The position numbers and the translations under genes were made by a program. This document shows, one piece after another, positions 17,009-27,123 of a stretch of DNA of 64,000 nt. Within the stretch, counting starts at the first letter, position 1. The number at the start of each line of letters is the position of its first letter. The stretch is taken from the NCBI GenBank assembly GCA_963674745.2, contig CAXXDV010000001.1, positions 2,112,001 through 2,176,000 on the forward strand, written 5' to 3'. Source of the DNA: Desulfosudaceae bacterium (lineage in GTDB: Bacteria; Desulfobacterota; Desulfobacteria; Desulfobacterales; Desulfosudaceae). The notes beneath the pieces are model-generated. The model was not told the DNA's origin. It did no database searches and saw only the letters and a program-made list of their open reading frames with translations.

Positions 17009-18442
17009 ATGGAACTAAGAAAAATCGACGACTACAAATGGGAAATACCCCAAACCGGGGCCATGCGCGTGCCCGGTATCGTCTTTGCCAGTGCGGCCCT
17101 GGTGGATGAACTGCGCCGGGAAGAGGCCTGTCAGCAGGTGGCCAATGTGGCTACCCTGCCGGGTATTCTCAAGGCCTCTCTGGCCATGCCGGATATCCAC
17201 TGGGGTTACGGTTTTCCCATCGGCGGGGTGGCGGCCTTTGATATGGACGAAGGCATTATTTCTCCGGGCGGGGTGGGGTATGATATTAACTGCGGCGTGC
17301 GCCTGGCCGCCAGTCGGCTGGAACCGGACGAGGTTTGCCGAGCGGCTGAACATCTGGCGGACGCCTTGCTGGCGGCCATTCCCTGCGGCATCGGTTCGAC
17401 CGGCGGCCTGAAACTTTCCTACGCCGAGGAACGCCAGGCCATTTCCCGGGGCGCGCCATGGGCGGTCAAACGCGGCCTGGGCGAAGCGGATGATATTGAC
17501 CGGACGGAGGACGGCGGCTGCATGCCCGGAGCGGATCCCGGGACGGTCAGCGAGCGGGCCCTGGAACGGGGTAAAAAACAGCTGGGTACCCTGGGGTCGG
17601 GCAACCATTTTCTGGAAGTGGGCGTGGTCGACGCGGTTTTTGACGATCGGGCGGCCGCCCGCATGGGACTGCATAAAAACCAGATCACATTGATGATTCA
17701 CTCCGGTTCCCGTGGATTGGGGCATCAGGTGTGCGACGATTATCTGGCCGTAATGGCCAAAGCGGCCCGCCAGGCCGGGATCGAACTGGCCGACCGGCAA
17801 CTGGCCTGCGCGCCCATCAAGTCAGCGGCCGGGCAGCGCTATTTCAGCGCCCTGGCCTGTGCCGCCAATTTCGCCTGGATCAACCGCCAGGTGCTGCTTC
17901 ATCAGGCCCGTCAGGTTTTCTCCCGGGTGTTCAAAAAAAGTCCGGCCGAAGTCGGGCTGCGGATGGTATATGATATCTGTCATAATATCGCCAAACAGGA
18001 GGACCATGTGGTGGACGGTGAAAAGCGGCGGGTGTGTGTTCATCGAAAAGGCGCTACCCGGGCCCTGCCCGCCGGTCATCCCGCCCTGGGTGAGACGTAC
18101 CGTGACCTGGGCCAGCCGGTGCTCATCCCCGGTGACATGGGGACCGCCTCCTATGTGCTGCTGGGTGGTGAAAACGCCCTGAGTGAAACCTTTGGCTCGA
18201 CCTGTCATGGTGCCGGACGGGTGTTGAGCCGGACTGCCGCCAGAAAATCGGCCCGGGGCCGGAACCTGTTTGCCGAGATGAGCAAACGAGGCGTTGTGCT
18301 TCGTTGTGCCAAAAAGGCCACGGCCGCCGAAGAGATGCCCGAAGCCTATAAGAATGTGGATGATGTGGTGGAAGTGGTGCACCGGGCCGGAATTTCGACA
18401 AAGGTGGTACGGATAAAACCCCTCATCGTCGTCAAAGGCTGA
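17009..18442 (+). CDS. rtcB: RtcB family RNA ligase
   Basis: MPDIHWGYGFPIGG, GYDINCGVR, GSGNHF, HSGSRG, HN, HRKGAT, PGDMG, HGAGR, EEMPEAYK, terminal VKG. Confidence 0.96.
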   Translation: MELRKIDDYKWEIPQTGAMRVPGIVFASAALVDELRREEACQQVANVATLPGILKASLAMPDIHWGYGFPIGGVAAFDMDEGIISPGGVGYDINCGVRLAASRLEPDEVCRAAEHLADALLAAIPCGIGSTGGLKLSYAEERQAISRGAPWAVKRGLGEADDIDRTEDGGCMPGADPGTVSERALERGKKQLGTLGSGNHFLEVGVVDAVFDDRAAARMGLHKNQITLMIHSGSRGLGHQVCDDYLAVMAKAARQAGIELADRQLACAPIKSAAGQRYFSALACAANFAWINRQVLLHQARQVFSRVFKKSPAEVGLRMVYDICHNIAKQEDHVVDGEKRRVCVHRKGATRALPAGHPALGETYRDLGQPVLIPGDMGTASYVLLGGENALSETFGSTCHGAGRVLSRTAARKSARGRNLFAEMSKRGVVLRCAKKATAAEEMPEAYKNVDDVVEVVHRAGISTKVVRIKPLIVVKG

Positions 18443-18499
18443 TCCGGCTTTATAAAACGCTCAATCTCGGCGTTGCGCTGTCCACCCTCGGATTTTCAA

Positions 18500-18609
18500 G
18501 TAGGGGCACCCCCCTGTTGGTGCCCTTTTACCGGGCAGGCACGGGGGCCTGCCCCTACATTGTTCATGAACGCCCGCCACGACCCGGAGGGGCGACCCGC
18601 CGGTCGCCC
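18500..18609. repeat. GTAG-type REP/REPIN cluster 4
   Basis: GTAGGGGCACCCCCC...GGGCAGGCACGGGGGCCTGCCCCTAC plus GGAGGGGCGACCCGCCGGTCGCCC. Confidence 0.88.
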
Positions 18610-18724
18610 TTTCACCGTGGCGGCCTGAAGGGCGTCGCTTTGTAATAAGATTGACACACATGGGCGGCCTTGCTATTCAGAGTGTTAAAACAAACCCGAA
18701 TCTCTTCCATCAGAGACAGACCAT

Positions 18725-20320
18725 ATGAAAATTCATGGCGCTCACAACTTGTTCGTGTTGTTTTTCGCCGGCTACGCCCTGTTTTTGCTGCTGGCACTTC
18801 CCGGTTATGGCCCGACCTGGGATGTCCCCTTGGAGTTTTCACGTGCTACGGCCTATCTGGATAATGCCCTCGGGAATCCCACCCCTTCGGGAATTTCCCC
18901 CTGGCATCAAATGGGTTATGAACACGCCAGATCCAGTATTTGCGGAAGTTTAAACGGCTGTTTGCCCTCGCTGATAGCGGCGGTCAGCGGCAAGATCCTG
19001 TTCGAAAAAAGCGGCTTGATGGGATATATCGATGCCTACCATTGCGGACTGGTATTTTTGTGGCTTATCTTTTTAATTTATTTCTATCTGATGCTGTCAA
19101 CGCTTCACGACCGGCGTACCGCACTCATCGCAACCATCCTGCTGGCACTTGCGCCCCGCGTATTAGGGCACGTACCGAACAACATGAAAGATATCCCCGC
19201 CCTGGCGTTTGCCAGCTTATCTTTGCTTGAGTTCGCTTTGGCAGTAACCCGTAACCGGCCGCGACGAATTTATCTGGCCGGCATTCTCTTCGCCTGTGCC
19301 ATTTCAAGCAAGTTCACCGCGGCAATAGTGGTGGCCCCGGCAATCGTGATGCTGTACCTGGCTTTTCGAAAGACAGACATCCCCAAATCCTTTCTGCTAC
19401 CGATATTGTCGGTTCCGGTCCTTACCCTTGCGGTACTGATCATCCATTGGCCGTACTTGTGGGTTTTGCCGGCGACTTTATGGGAACGGCTGGTGGACCT
19501 GGCAGCGGCTGCCACTTGTCGAAAGGGCTCCGGCGTGCCCTCTATCTATCCGGTCTTGATGACACTGATAACGACCCCGCCCGTCATGCTTTTCGGTCTT
19601 GTCTGCCTGCCGGTTGCCGCTTTACGCCCCCCACGGTTTAAACGGGAGGAGGCCCTTCTCCTTGGTTTTTATGCCAGCTGGTTGTTTTTCGTTCTTTTCG
19701 TCTTCAGCACGGGAAGAATTGCCCTTTTCGATGGTGTTCGTCATTTTTTGTTGTATATGCCGCCGGCAGCGATTCTGTCCGCCTGGGGAATGGTCAGGAT
19801 GTTTGACATGGCAAAGGGAAAAGTGCGCTTTTTTCGAAATATGCCGGCCCGATGGCGCGAGGCCGTTGCCGGGTCGGTCCTGTTGGGCGCCAGCATACTT
19901 CCCGTTGCATTGTATCACCCCTATGAAGTGACGTATTTCAATTTTTTGGCAGGGGGATTGCCGGGAGCGACTCAAATTCAGTTCGGCCCCGAGGTCCTCG
20001 ACTACGAACCGCGTGATTACTGGGCAACCAGTCTCCGGTCCGCAATGAACTGGGTGAACCAGCATCTGCCCGATGATTCGGAGTTGTGGATCTCCATACC
20101 CCGGCACCTCGGCGCTTTATTTGAGCTTCGCCCCGGTCTGTCTCTTGTCAGGCCGGACGAACGTCAGCCCGGCAAGCCATATTACCTGATTTTTGTTAAC
20201 CGGAAGGATTTCTTCACGCCACTGGAATACTACGCCATGAGTAAAGGAGAGCTTGTTCATAAGGTTGAGATAAAAGGGGTAACCCTTTCCAGCGTGTACA
20301 AAATGCCCGATCTCCTCTAA
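18725..20320 (+). CDS. GT-C fold membrane glycosyltransferase (GT39/ArnT/PMT-like)
   Basis: Multiple TMs; 'GPTWD', 'PRVLGH..NNMKDIP', 'FDGVRHFL', 'HPYEVTYFN', 'DYW'. Confidence 0.8.
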   Translation: MKIHGAHNLFVLFFAGYALFLLLALPGYGPTWDVPLEFSRATAYLDNALGNPTPSGISPWHQMGYEHARSSICGSLNGCLPSLIAAVSGKILFEKSGLMGYIDAYHCGLVFLWLIFLIYFYLMLSTLHDRRTALIATILLALAPRVLGHVPNNMKDIPALAFASLSLLEFALAVTRNRPRRIYLAGILFACAISSKFTAAIVVAPAIVMLYLAFRKTDIPKSFLLPILSVPVLTLAVLIIHWPYLWVLPATLWERLVDLAAAATCRKGSGVPSIYPVLMTLITTPPVMLFGLVCLPVAALRPPRFKREEALLLGFYASWLFFVLFVFSTGRIALFDGVRHFLLYMPPAAILSAWGMVRMFDMAKGKVRFFRNMPARWREAVAGSVLLGASILPVALYHPYEVTYFNFLAGGLPGATQIQFGPEVLDYEPRDYWATSLRSAMNWVNQHLPDDSELWISIPRHLGALFELRPGLSLVRPDERQPGKPYYLIFVNRKDFFTPLEYYAMSKGELVHKVEIKGVTLSSVYKMPDLL

Positions 20321-20540
20321 TATCCGATATCATCCAGTAGCCCCGCTATCATACATAACAATTTGTTATTTAAAGCTTTCCTCTTGTGCTGTAAAAAAAT
20401 CATGAAATACGCAATCAGATGCTTATATTAATAATTTAGATCGGGTGAAAATCGTTCCCTCAGTGTGGGAAAAGGCCTTTTAATGTGTCGAAAAAAGTAA
20501 CCTGCCGCTTTTGTGTGTTTTTTCAGGGTTTGATAAAAAA

Positions 20541-20593
20541 ACACTATATATTGATTTTTTTAGTTGACAAATCACAATATGTTGGGATAGGTT
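20541..20593 (+). promoter_or_regulatory. Two NrdR boxes flanking and overlapping the nrdD promoter (-35 TTGACA at 20564-20569)
   Basis: acactatatattgatt (20541-20556) and tcacaatatgttggga (20572-20587) match acaCwAtATaTwGtgt and start 31 bp apart. Confidence 0.85.
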
Positions 20594-20724
20594 TAATTTC
20601 ATTCCAAGGCAATAAATCAATTTTCATCTGTTTTTTTGGGTTTAAATGATGCAACGTACCTTTGCTGTTGATGGTGGTCGTCACCATTCATGTTTATTAT
20701 CCAGCCGGTTAAAGGAGGCCCCAA

Positions 20725-22896
20725 TTGTTTGAAAGCATAAAGAAACGGGACGGCAGAGTATGTGGGTTTGACTCCCACAAGATTACCGAGGCGATCGCCA
20801 AGGCGGGCAAAGCGACCGGAGAATTCGACCTCCGGGAAGCCAAAAAGCTGACGCTCAAGGTGCTGACGCTGGCCGGCCAGATGGGGCTGGATCTGATTCC
20901 GGAAGTGGAAGAAATCCAGGATATCGTGGAACGGGTGTTGCTGGATTCACCGTTTTACAAGAGTGCCAAGGCCTATATCCTGTACCGGGAACAGCATGCC
21001 CAGATCCGCCAGATCGCCACCCGGGCCAGCGTTAAACTGGTGGAAAGCTATATTGATAATGCCGACTGGAAAATAAAAGAAAACAGCAATATGAGTTATT
21101 CGTTGCAGGGCCTGAACAACTACATCTCCTCTGATGTAACCGCCGAATATTGGCTCAACCGGGTATATCCGCCCAAGGTTCGCAAGGCCCACAAGAGCGG
21201 TGCGATTCATATTCATGACTTGAGCCTGCTGTCCGTCTATTGTGTGGGCTGGGATCTGCAGGACCTGTTGTTTCAGGGCTTTAAAGGCGTTAAAGGAAAG
21301 GTGGAAAGCTCTCCACCCAAGCATTTCCGGTCGGCCCTGGGCCAGATCGTCAACTTTTTTTATACGCTTCAAGGTGAAGCGGCCGGTGCCCAGGCGATTT
21401 CCAATTTTGATACCCTGCTGGCACCCTTTGTCCGGTATGACGGCCTTGACTATGACAATGTTAAACAGGCCCTCCAGGAGTTCGTGTTTAATATCAATAT
21501 TCCCACCCGGGTGGGTTTCCAGACGCCGTTTACCAATATCACCATGGACCTGAAGGTGCCGGTGACGTTGAAAGATCAGCCGGTTATTGTCGGCGGCAAG
21601 TACAGTGATTCCGAAACCTACGCCGATTTCCAGTCGGAAATGGATCTCATCAACCGGGCCTTTGCCGATGTCATGATGGAAGGGGATGCCAAGGGCAGGG
21701 TCTTTACCTTTCCCATTCCCACCTATAATATCACCAAGGACTTTGACTGGGACAACCCCAACCTGGATTCGGTCTGGCGGATGACAGCCAAATACGGCAT
21801 TCCCTATTTTTCAAATTTTGTCAATTCCGATATGTCGCCCGAGGATGCCCGTTCCATGTGTTGCCGCCTGCGGCTGGACAACCGCGAACTGGCCAAGCGA
21901 GGCGGCGGTCTTTTCGGTGCCAACCCGCTGACCGGTTCCATCGGCGTGGTCACTATCAATCTGCCCCGGATCGCTTATGAAGCGGCCACCAGGGAAGCGT
22001 TTTTCGATCGTATCGCCGAACTGGTGACACTTGCCAAAGAGAGCCTGATTATCAAGCGCAAGGTGCTCGAAGCGTTTACCGAAAGTAATTTATACCCCTA
22101 TGCCAAGTTCTATCTGAGTAAGATCAAGGAAACGACCGGATCGTTCTGGAAAAATCATTTTTCCACCATTGGTATTATCGGCATGAATGAAGCCTGCCAG
22201 AATTTTCTCGGCGTGGATATTACCAACGGTGCCGGCCAGGCTTTTGCCCTGGAGGTGATGGATTTTTTGCGGGATCTGCTGACCAGGATACAGGAAGAAA
22301 CCGGTGATATCTTTAACCTGGAAGCCACCCCGGCCGAGGGAACCGCTTTCCGTCTGGCCATGCTGGACAAGGACCGTTATCCGGACATCATCTGTGCCAA
22401 CGAAACCGACGGCCCGAATCGGGCGCCGTTTTACACCAACTCAACCCAGTTGCCGGTGGGTTATACGGACGATATTTACGAGGCCTTGATGTTGCAGGAC
22501 AAGCTGCAGGCCAAGTATACCGGCGGTACGGTTTTCCACGTCTTTTTGGGCGAGCAGGTGGAAGACATCGAAGGCGCCAAGGCCCTGATCCGGAAAATCT
22601 CGGGAAATTTTCATCTGCCCTATTTTACCCTGACGCCGACGTTCAGCATCTGCCCGGAACACGGCTATATCACCGGTGAGCAGCCGTATTGTGCTGCCTG
22701 CGGCTGTGAAACCGAAGTGTATTCCCGGGTAGTGGGGTATCTGCGGCCGGTGGCCCAGTGGAACGACGGAAAACAGGCCGAGTTCACCATGCGGGAGGTG
22801 TTTGACGCCGGTGTCCGGCATGACATGCCCGCCATGTCAATGCCTTCCAAGGATGAAAAGAAGGCTTATGAACAACCTGTTTCCATGGCGCCATAA
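20725..22896 (+). CDS. nrdD: Anaerobic (class III) ribonucleoside-triphosphate reductase with an N-terminal ATP cone
   Basis: IKKRDG cone, SMCCRL, EATPAEG, YSRVVGYLRP glycyl-radical motif; TTG start after AAGGAGG. Confidence 0.96.
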   Translation: MFESIKKRDGRVCGFDSHKITEAIAKAGKATGEFDLREAKKLTLKVLTLAGQMGLDLIPEVEEIQDIVERVLLDSPFYKSAKAYILYREQHAQIRQIATRASVKLVESYIDNADWKIKENSNMSYSLQGLNNYISSDVTAEYWLNRVYPPKVRKAHKSGAIHIHDLSLLSVYCVGWDLQDLLFQGFKGVKGKVESSPPKHFRSALGQIVNFFYTLQGEAAGAQAISNFDTLLAPFVRYDGLDYDNVKQALQEFVFNINIPTRVGFQTPFTNITMDLKVPVTLKDQPVIVGGKYSDSETYADFQSEMDLINRAFADVMMEGDAKGRVFTFPIPTYNITKDFDWDNPNLDSVWRMTAKYGIPYFSNFVNSDMSPEDARSMCCRLRLDNRELAKRGGGLFGANPLTGSIGVVTINLPRIAYEAATREAFFDRIAELVTLAKESLIIKRKVLEAFTESNLYPYAKFYLSKIKETTGSFWKNHFSTIGIIGMNEACQNFLGVDITNGAGQAFALEVMDFLRDLLTRIQEETGDIFNLEATPAEGTAFRLAMLDKDRYPDIICANETDGPNRAPFYTNSTQLPVGYTDDIYEALMLQDKLQAKYTGGTVFHVFLGEQVEDIEGAKALIRKISGNFHLPYFTLTPTFSICPEHGYITGEQPYCAACGCETEVYSRVVGYLRPVAQWNDGKQAEFTMREVFDAGVRHDMPAMSMPSKDEKKAYEQPVSMAP

Positions 22897-22917
22897 ACAA
22901 AATCACGACGGCTGGTC

Positions 22918-23607
22918 ATGATTATCGGCGGCCTTCAGAAGACGTCGGTTATTGATTACCCCGGCAAAGTGAGTTGTGTGCTGTTCTGTGCCGGTTGTAA
23001 TTTCAAATGTCCGTACTGTCACAACCCTGACTTGATTTCCGTGGCCAATCCGCCATTTATGACGGTTGATCAGTTCTTTGATTTTCTTTCACAGCGCCGG
23101 AATTTTTTAGAAGGGGTGGTGGTGACCGGTGGGGAGCCTTCCCTGGACGACAATATCATGTCGTTATGCCGGGGCATCAAAGAAAAAGGGCTGGCCGTAA
23201 AGCTGGATACCAACGGCAGCCGGCCGGCCATGCTTCAGAAGTTGATAGAAGACAAAGTGGTGGATTACCTTGCCATGGATGTCAAAACCCGGCCGGCAAA
23301 TTACACCCTCCTGGCTGGCAAGAATTTCGACACCGACCGCATCCGGTCCAGTATCAGAATCATCAAGCATTCCGGCCTGCCTTATGAGTTCCGAACCACC
23401 TGCGTCCGGCCATTTGTGGATGAGGCCATTATTCAGAAAATTGTCGATCTTGTCTCCGGCGCGCCGCTTTATGTTTTGCAGAAGTGCCGCACCCGGCGGG
23501 TGCTGGCCCCCGATTTTTTCGCGGACAAGGCGCCTTTCACGGACCAGGAGCTTGAACATTTCCAAAAGGTCGCGGCCAGGAAGGTGGATCGTTGTTATAT
23601 TCGATAG
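22918..23607 (+). CDS. nrdG: Anaerobic RNR activating enzyme (radical SAM)
   Basis: CNFKCPYCHN, TGGEP, DTNGS; directly follows nrdD. Confidence 0.92.
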   Translation: MIIGGLQKTSVIDYPGKVSCVLFCAGCNFKCPYCHNPDLISVANPPFMTVDQFFDFLSQRRNFLEGVVVTGGEPSLDDNIMSLCRGIKEKGLAVKLDTNGSRPAMLQKLIEDKVVDYLAMDVKTRPANYTLLAGKNFDTDRIRSSIRIIKHSGLPYEFRTTCVRPFVDEAIIQKIVDLVSGAPLYVLQKCRTRRVLAPDFFADKAPFTDQELEHFQKVAARKVDRCYIR

Positions 23608-24344
23608 ACAAGAACAGAAATGCCAAAGATTATCTGATATTTGCCCTGGATGTGCCCACGGCCGAAGAGGCCCGCAGATATATCGATCTGCTGAACGGCA
23701 GTGTCGGCCTGTTCAAGGTGGGCCTGGAGCTGTTTGTCCGGGAGGGCCGGCAGGTCATCAATGATATCCGGACGGCCGGTGATGCCGGTGTCTTTCTGGA
23801 TTTGAAGCTGCATGATATTCCGGCCACGGTTTTACGGGCCATGAAAAACATTGCCGGCCTCGGCGTAACCTTGACCACGGTGCATTGCGCCGGTCAGCGG
23901 GATATGCTCAAGGCGGCCGTGGAAGGCGCCGGCGGCCGGGTGGGGGTGCTGGGGGTGACCGTGTTGACCAGCGTCAGCGGTCAGGATCTCCGGGACGCAG
24001 GCTTCGCCGCGCCGTACGCCGATGATGTTTCCCGGCTGGTAGCGCTTCGGGCCGCTGCGGCGGCTGAATGCGGGCTGGACGGTGTGGTCTGTTCACCGCT
24101 CGAGGCGCCCATCATCAAACAGGCCCAGGGCGTTGATTTTCTGGCCGTTACACCGGGTATCCGTCCCGCTTCTCAGGCGGTTGCCAAAGACGATCAGCAT
24201 CGGGTCATGACACCGGCCGCAGCCGTCAAAAACGGTGCCGATTATGTGGTTATCGGCCGCCCCATCAGGGACGCCGACGATCCCCGGGCAACAGCCGAAC
24301 AGATTTGCGGTGAAATTGAAAAAACGCTCTTATCCGGAGACTGA
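23592..24344 (+). CDS. pyrF: Orotidine-5'-phosphate decarboxylase
   Basis: FALD, FKVG, DLKLHDIPAT, TPGIRP, GRPI. Confidence 0.96.
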   Translation: MLYSIDKNRNAKDYLIFALDVPTAEEARRYIDLLNGSVGLFKVGLELFVREGRQVINDIRTAGDAGVFLDLKLHDIPATVLRAMKNIAGLGVTLTTVHCAGQRDMLKAAVEGAGGRVGVLGVTVLTSVSGQDLRDAGFAAPYADDVSRLVALRAAAAAECGLDGVVCSPLEAPIIKQAQGVDFLAVTPGIRPASQAVAKDDQHRVMTPAAAVKNGADYVVIGRPIRDADDPRATAEQICGEIEKTLLSGD

Positions 24345-24362
24345 CTTCAATCGAGAAAAAAA

Positions 24363-25298
24363 ATGGCAAAAACAAAACTGGCGGTTTTTATTATGCTGAT
24401 GACCCTTTTGGGCGGTTGTGCCCCGACCGATCTTTATGTTTCCCGTTTGTTCAGCCCCGGTTTGCCGGAATCCGGCGATGTGTGCGTCACCTGGCTGGGG
24501 ACGGCCGGCATGCTGGTTTCCGACGGGCAGACGAATATCCTCATTGATCCGTTTGTCAGTCGCTACGGGTTGCTGCGGGTCGGTCTTGGTTTTTCCCTGC
24601 CGTCCAAACCGGACCTGATCAGTGACTGGTTGAAACGCGTCGGGTGTAACAGCGCGGAGGCTGTTCTGGTCAGCCATTCTCACTTTGATCACGTCCTGGA
24701 TGCGCCTTTTTTTGCCCGCCAGACGGGGGCTGTACTGGTGGGATCCGAAAGTACGCTCAATGTCGGCCGCGGGGCGGGCCTGCCGGAAACACAACTGGTG
24801 AAGGCGCAACCGGGGCAGCCGCTTGAATTCGGGGCGTTTACGCTGCGGTTTATCGAAAGCCGTCACGGTCCGGCCCTGTTCGGTCGTGTGCCTTATCCCG
24901 GCACGATCGATCAGCCGCTGACACCGCCCCAAAAGGCCTCGGCCTACAGGCTCGGGGGGGTCTACGGAATACTTATTGAACATCCGTCCGGCACGATTCT
25001 TCATCACGGCAGCGCCGGTTTTTTACCGGGAATGTATGATGACGTGCGGGCCGACGTTCTTCTTCTGGGCATTACCGGCCGTGAGGACACCATGACCTAT
25101 CTGGCGGCCGTGCCTGACAAGGTCCGGCCGCACCTGTTGATTCCGATCCATTTTGACGATTTTTTCACCCCCCTGGATGACCGGATAGACTTTCTGTATT
25201 CGTCACATTTCCGGGAGTTCATTGATGCGGTAGACGAGCACGGCACTTACATGGTCTATACCCTGCCCATCGGCCAGGCGATGCCCATATTACCGTAG
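24363..25298 (+). CDS. MBL-fold metallo-hydrolase, probable lipoprotein
   Basis: LGGC lipobox, IDPF, SHSHFDHVLD, PIHFD. Confidence 0.88.
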   Translation: MAKTKLAVFIMLMTLLGGCAPTDLYVSRLFSPGLPESGDVCVTWLGTAGMLVSDGQTNILIDPFVSRYGLLRVGLGFSLPSKPDLISDWLKRVGCNSAEAVLVSHSHFDHVLDAPFFARQTGAVLVGSESTLNVGRGAGLPETQLVKAQPGQPLEFGAFTLRFIESRHGPALFGRVPYPGTIDQPLTPPQKASAYRLGGVYGILIEHPSGTILHHGSAGFLPGMYDDVRADVLLLGITGREDTMTYLAAVPDKVRPHLLIPIHFDDFFTPLDDRIDFLYSSHFREFIDAVDEHGTYMVYTLPIGQAMPILP

Positions 25299-25391
25299 GG
25301 GCACGGCGTGCCGTGCCCCCGGCCAGGCGCAGGACGGATAATCACGTAGGGGCACCCCCCTGTGGGTGCCCTTTGAGCGGGCCGCCCCTGC
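25295..25391. repeat. GTAG-type REP cluster 5
   Basis: GTAGGGGCACGGCGTGCCGTGCCC at 25295, GTAGGGGCACCCCCCTGTGGGTGCCC at 25346, and a partial inverted unit. Confidence 0.85.
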
Positions 25392-25420
25392 TAACCCGAA
25401 AATTTCATGAAATATTCGGG

Positions 25421-26416
25421 CTAAATCAACATATGCCTTACATTCGCGGGGGGTATGCCAAGCATGGTGATGGAACGCTTTTGCCCGCCGGTTGTGGCGA
25501 TTACCTGGACCGTTTCATCCTCCGGCGCTTTGCTGTAGCCGGCACAGATACCCGCTGCCAGCATAAGCGCGCTTTCATCCGACGTGCCGGCCAGCAGGCA
25601 GGTCGGCCCTGGCAACGTTTCGGTTTTTAACACGGTCATTGTTCCGGACGCGTTTGTTTCCGCAAGGTTCTTATTGTCCTCCTTGTTTCTCCCGACGATG
25701 AGCTTGCTTTCCGGTGTCAGGCGGAAATGGCGCCCGAATTTTAAAGCGTTCAGGTCGGCCTCCGAACATTCGTCCTGGTGCGCGAACAAATCTTTCAGGC
25801 GCTTGGAAAAACCGCTGTCGGTCAACAGGCATCCGCCCGCCGGGGTTGGATAGTCGGAAATCCCGTAATGCGCGGCCAGTTCCAATTGGCGCTTACGAGA
25901 CCTTCCCGTAATGTCATATAACCGGCTTCTGTCTACCAGGCCCTCTTTTTCCGGGACGGTTTCCGGCAGTGCCCTGGCAGACAAAGGCCGAAGCAGATAG
26001 CCGTCAACACCGGATCGCTTTTCAACATAACGTAACGCATGTTGAACCTGGGACATGGGCCGCTGGCCCATCACTTCACCGCTGAAAATAAAGTCAAAGT
26101 TTTCCTGGCGCATCATCTGTCCGGCCAGATTGACCATCAGGGCATGACAGTCCATGCAGGGATTCATGTTCTGTCCATAACCGCAGGGCGGATCTCTTAA
26201 CATTTTCAGGTATTGGGGGGTAATGTTTTTTACGGTAATGGAAATCCCGATGTCCCGGGCCGCTTTTTTGGCATTATCGGCCGAGAAAAACGGCGTCTCA
26301 AAACAGATCCATTTCACTTTGATATTCTGATCGCGCAGGACCAGGGCCGCCAGCATGCTGTCCAGCCCGCCGGAGGTAAGACCCAGCGCCCGGACTGTTG
26401 TCGGTGTTTTACGCAT
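25421..26416 (-). CDS. ThiI/MnmA-like PP-loop tRNA sulfurtransferase with a C-terminal DUF814-like domain
   Basis: SGGLDS PP-loop, NPCMDCH, GEVMGQRPMSQ, PAGGCLLT, GRHFR, VGRN. Confidence 0.85.
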   Translation of the reverse strand: MRKTPTTVRALGLTSGGLDSMLAALVLRDQNIKVKWICFETPFFSADNAKKAARDIGISITVKNITPQYLKMLRDPPCGYGQNMNPCMDCHALMVNLAGQMMRQENFDFIFSGEVMGQRPMSQVQHALRYVEKRSGVDGYLLRPLSARALPETVPEKEGLVDRSRLYDITGRSRKRQLELAAHYGISDYPTPAGGCLLTDSGFSKRLKDLFAHQDECSEADLNALKFGRHFRLTPESKLIVGRNKEDNKNLAETNASGTMTVLKTETLPGPTCLLAGTSDESALMLAAGICAGYSKAPEDETVQVIATTGGQKRSITMLGIPPANVRHMLI

Positions 26417-26647
26417 ATTTTTCAATTATTAATTTCTGGAAAATTTTTATTTTTAAATTCTGTTGTCATTTTTGACAATGAAAAAAAGAAAAATTTGTGC
26501 TTTTTCCCTTTTTTCCCGCTTCGTCAAACACATGGCCGGTGGGGATAATTTATTAAAAAAATTGTTTATTTCCCACGTTTTTTCTTGACATGACCATATA
26601 TTGTAATAGAGTGGGTATAAACGGGTAGCAAAGTGCAGGCCAGAAGA

Positions 26648-27121
26648 ATGTCCAGACAAGACAAAAAACTACGTGGCACCACCACCAACACCGTTGATTC
26701 CAAGGGGCGGTTGATCATCCCCAAACGGTTTCGGGATTTCTTTGAGGGTTATCCGGGTAACAGTGAAATGCCCCTGATGGTGACTTATTACTCAGGCGCA
26801 CTCTACGCCTATCCGCCGGATGAGTGGGATAAGCGGGAAAGAAAGTTGCTCGATAACGAAACCATGGCCGGGCAGTATCAGCAGCTGATCGACAACTATC
26901 TGGGGCAGGTGTCGGAATGCAAAATCGACAAGCAGTGGCGGGTTTTGATTCCGTCTGAATTGCGAGCCATGGCGGGCTTAAAAGATGAGATTGTTATTGT
27001 CGGCCTGGTATATTACTTCAAAGTCTGGGACCGGGAAAGATACGAAGCGCAACGGATCACTTTTGATAAACAGGTAGACAGCGAGGACTATCAGCGTGTA
27101 ATTCGAGAAATAGGGCTTTGA
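26648..27121 (+). CDS. mraZ: Division/cell-wall cluster repressor MraZ
   Basis: VDSKGRLIIP and IDKQWRVLIP AbrB-like repeats; first gene of the dcw cluster. Confidence 0.88.
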   Translation: MSRQDKKLRGTTTNTVDSKGRLIIPKRFRDFFEGYPGNSEMPLMVTYYSGALYAYPPDEWDKRERKLLDNETMAGQYQQLIDNYLGQVSECKIDKQWRVLIPSELRAMAGLKDEIVIVGLVYYFKVWDRERYEAQRITFDKQVDSEDYQRVIREIGL

Positions 27122-27123
27122 TC

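Noticed and set aside
20440..20510. Possible cobalamin riboswitch upstream of nrdD (gggtgaaaatc, gggaaaagg, aacctgcc)
   Set aside because: It lacks the AGGGAA and CCCGC-ACTGT core and lies upstream of the NrdR-controlled promoter. An Infernal search would settle it.
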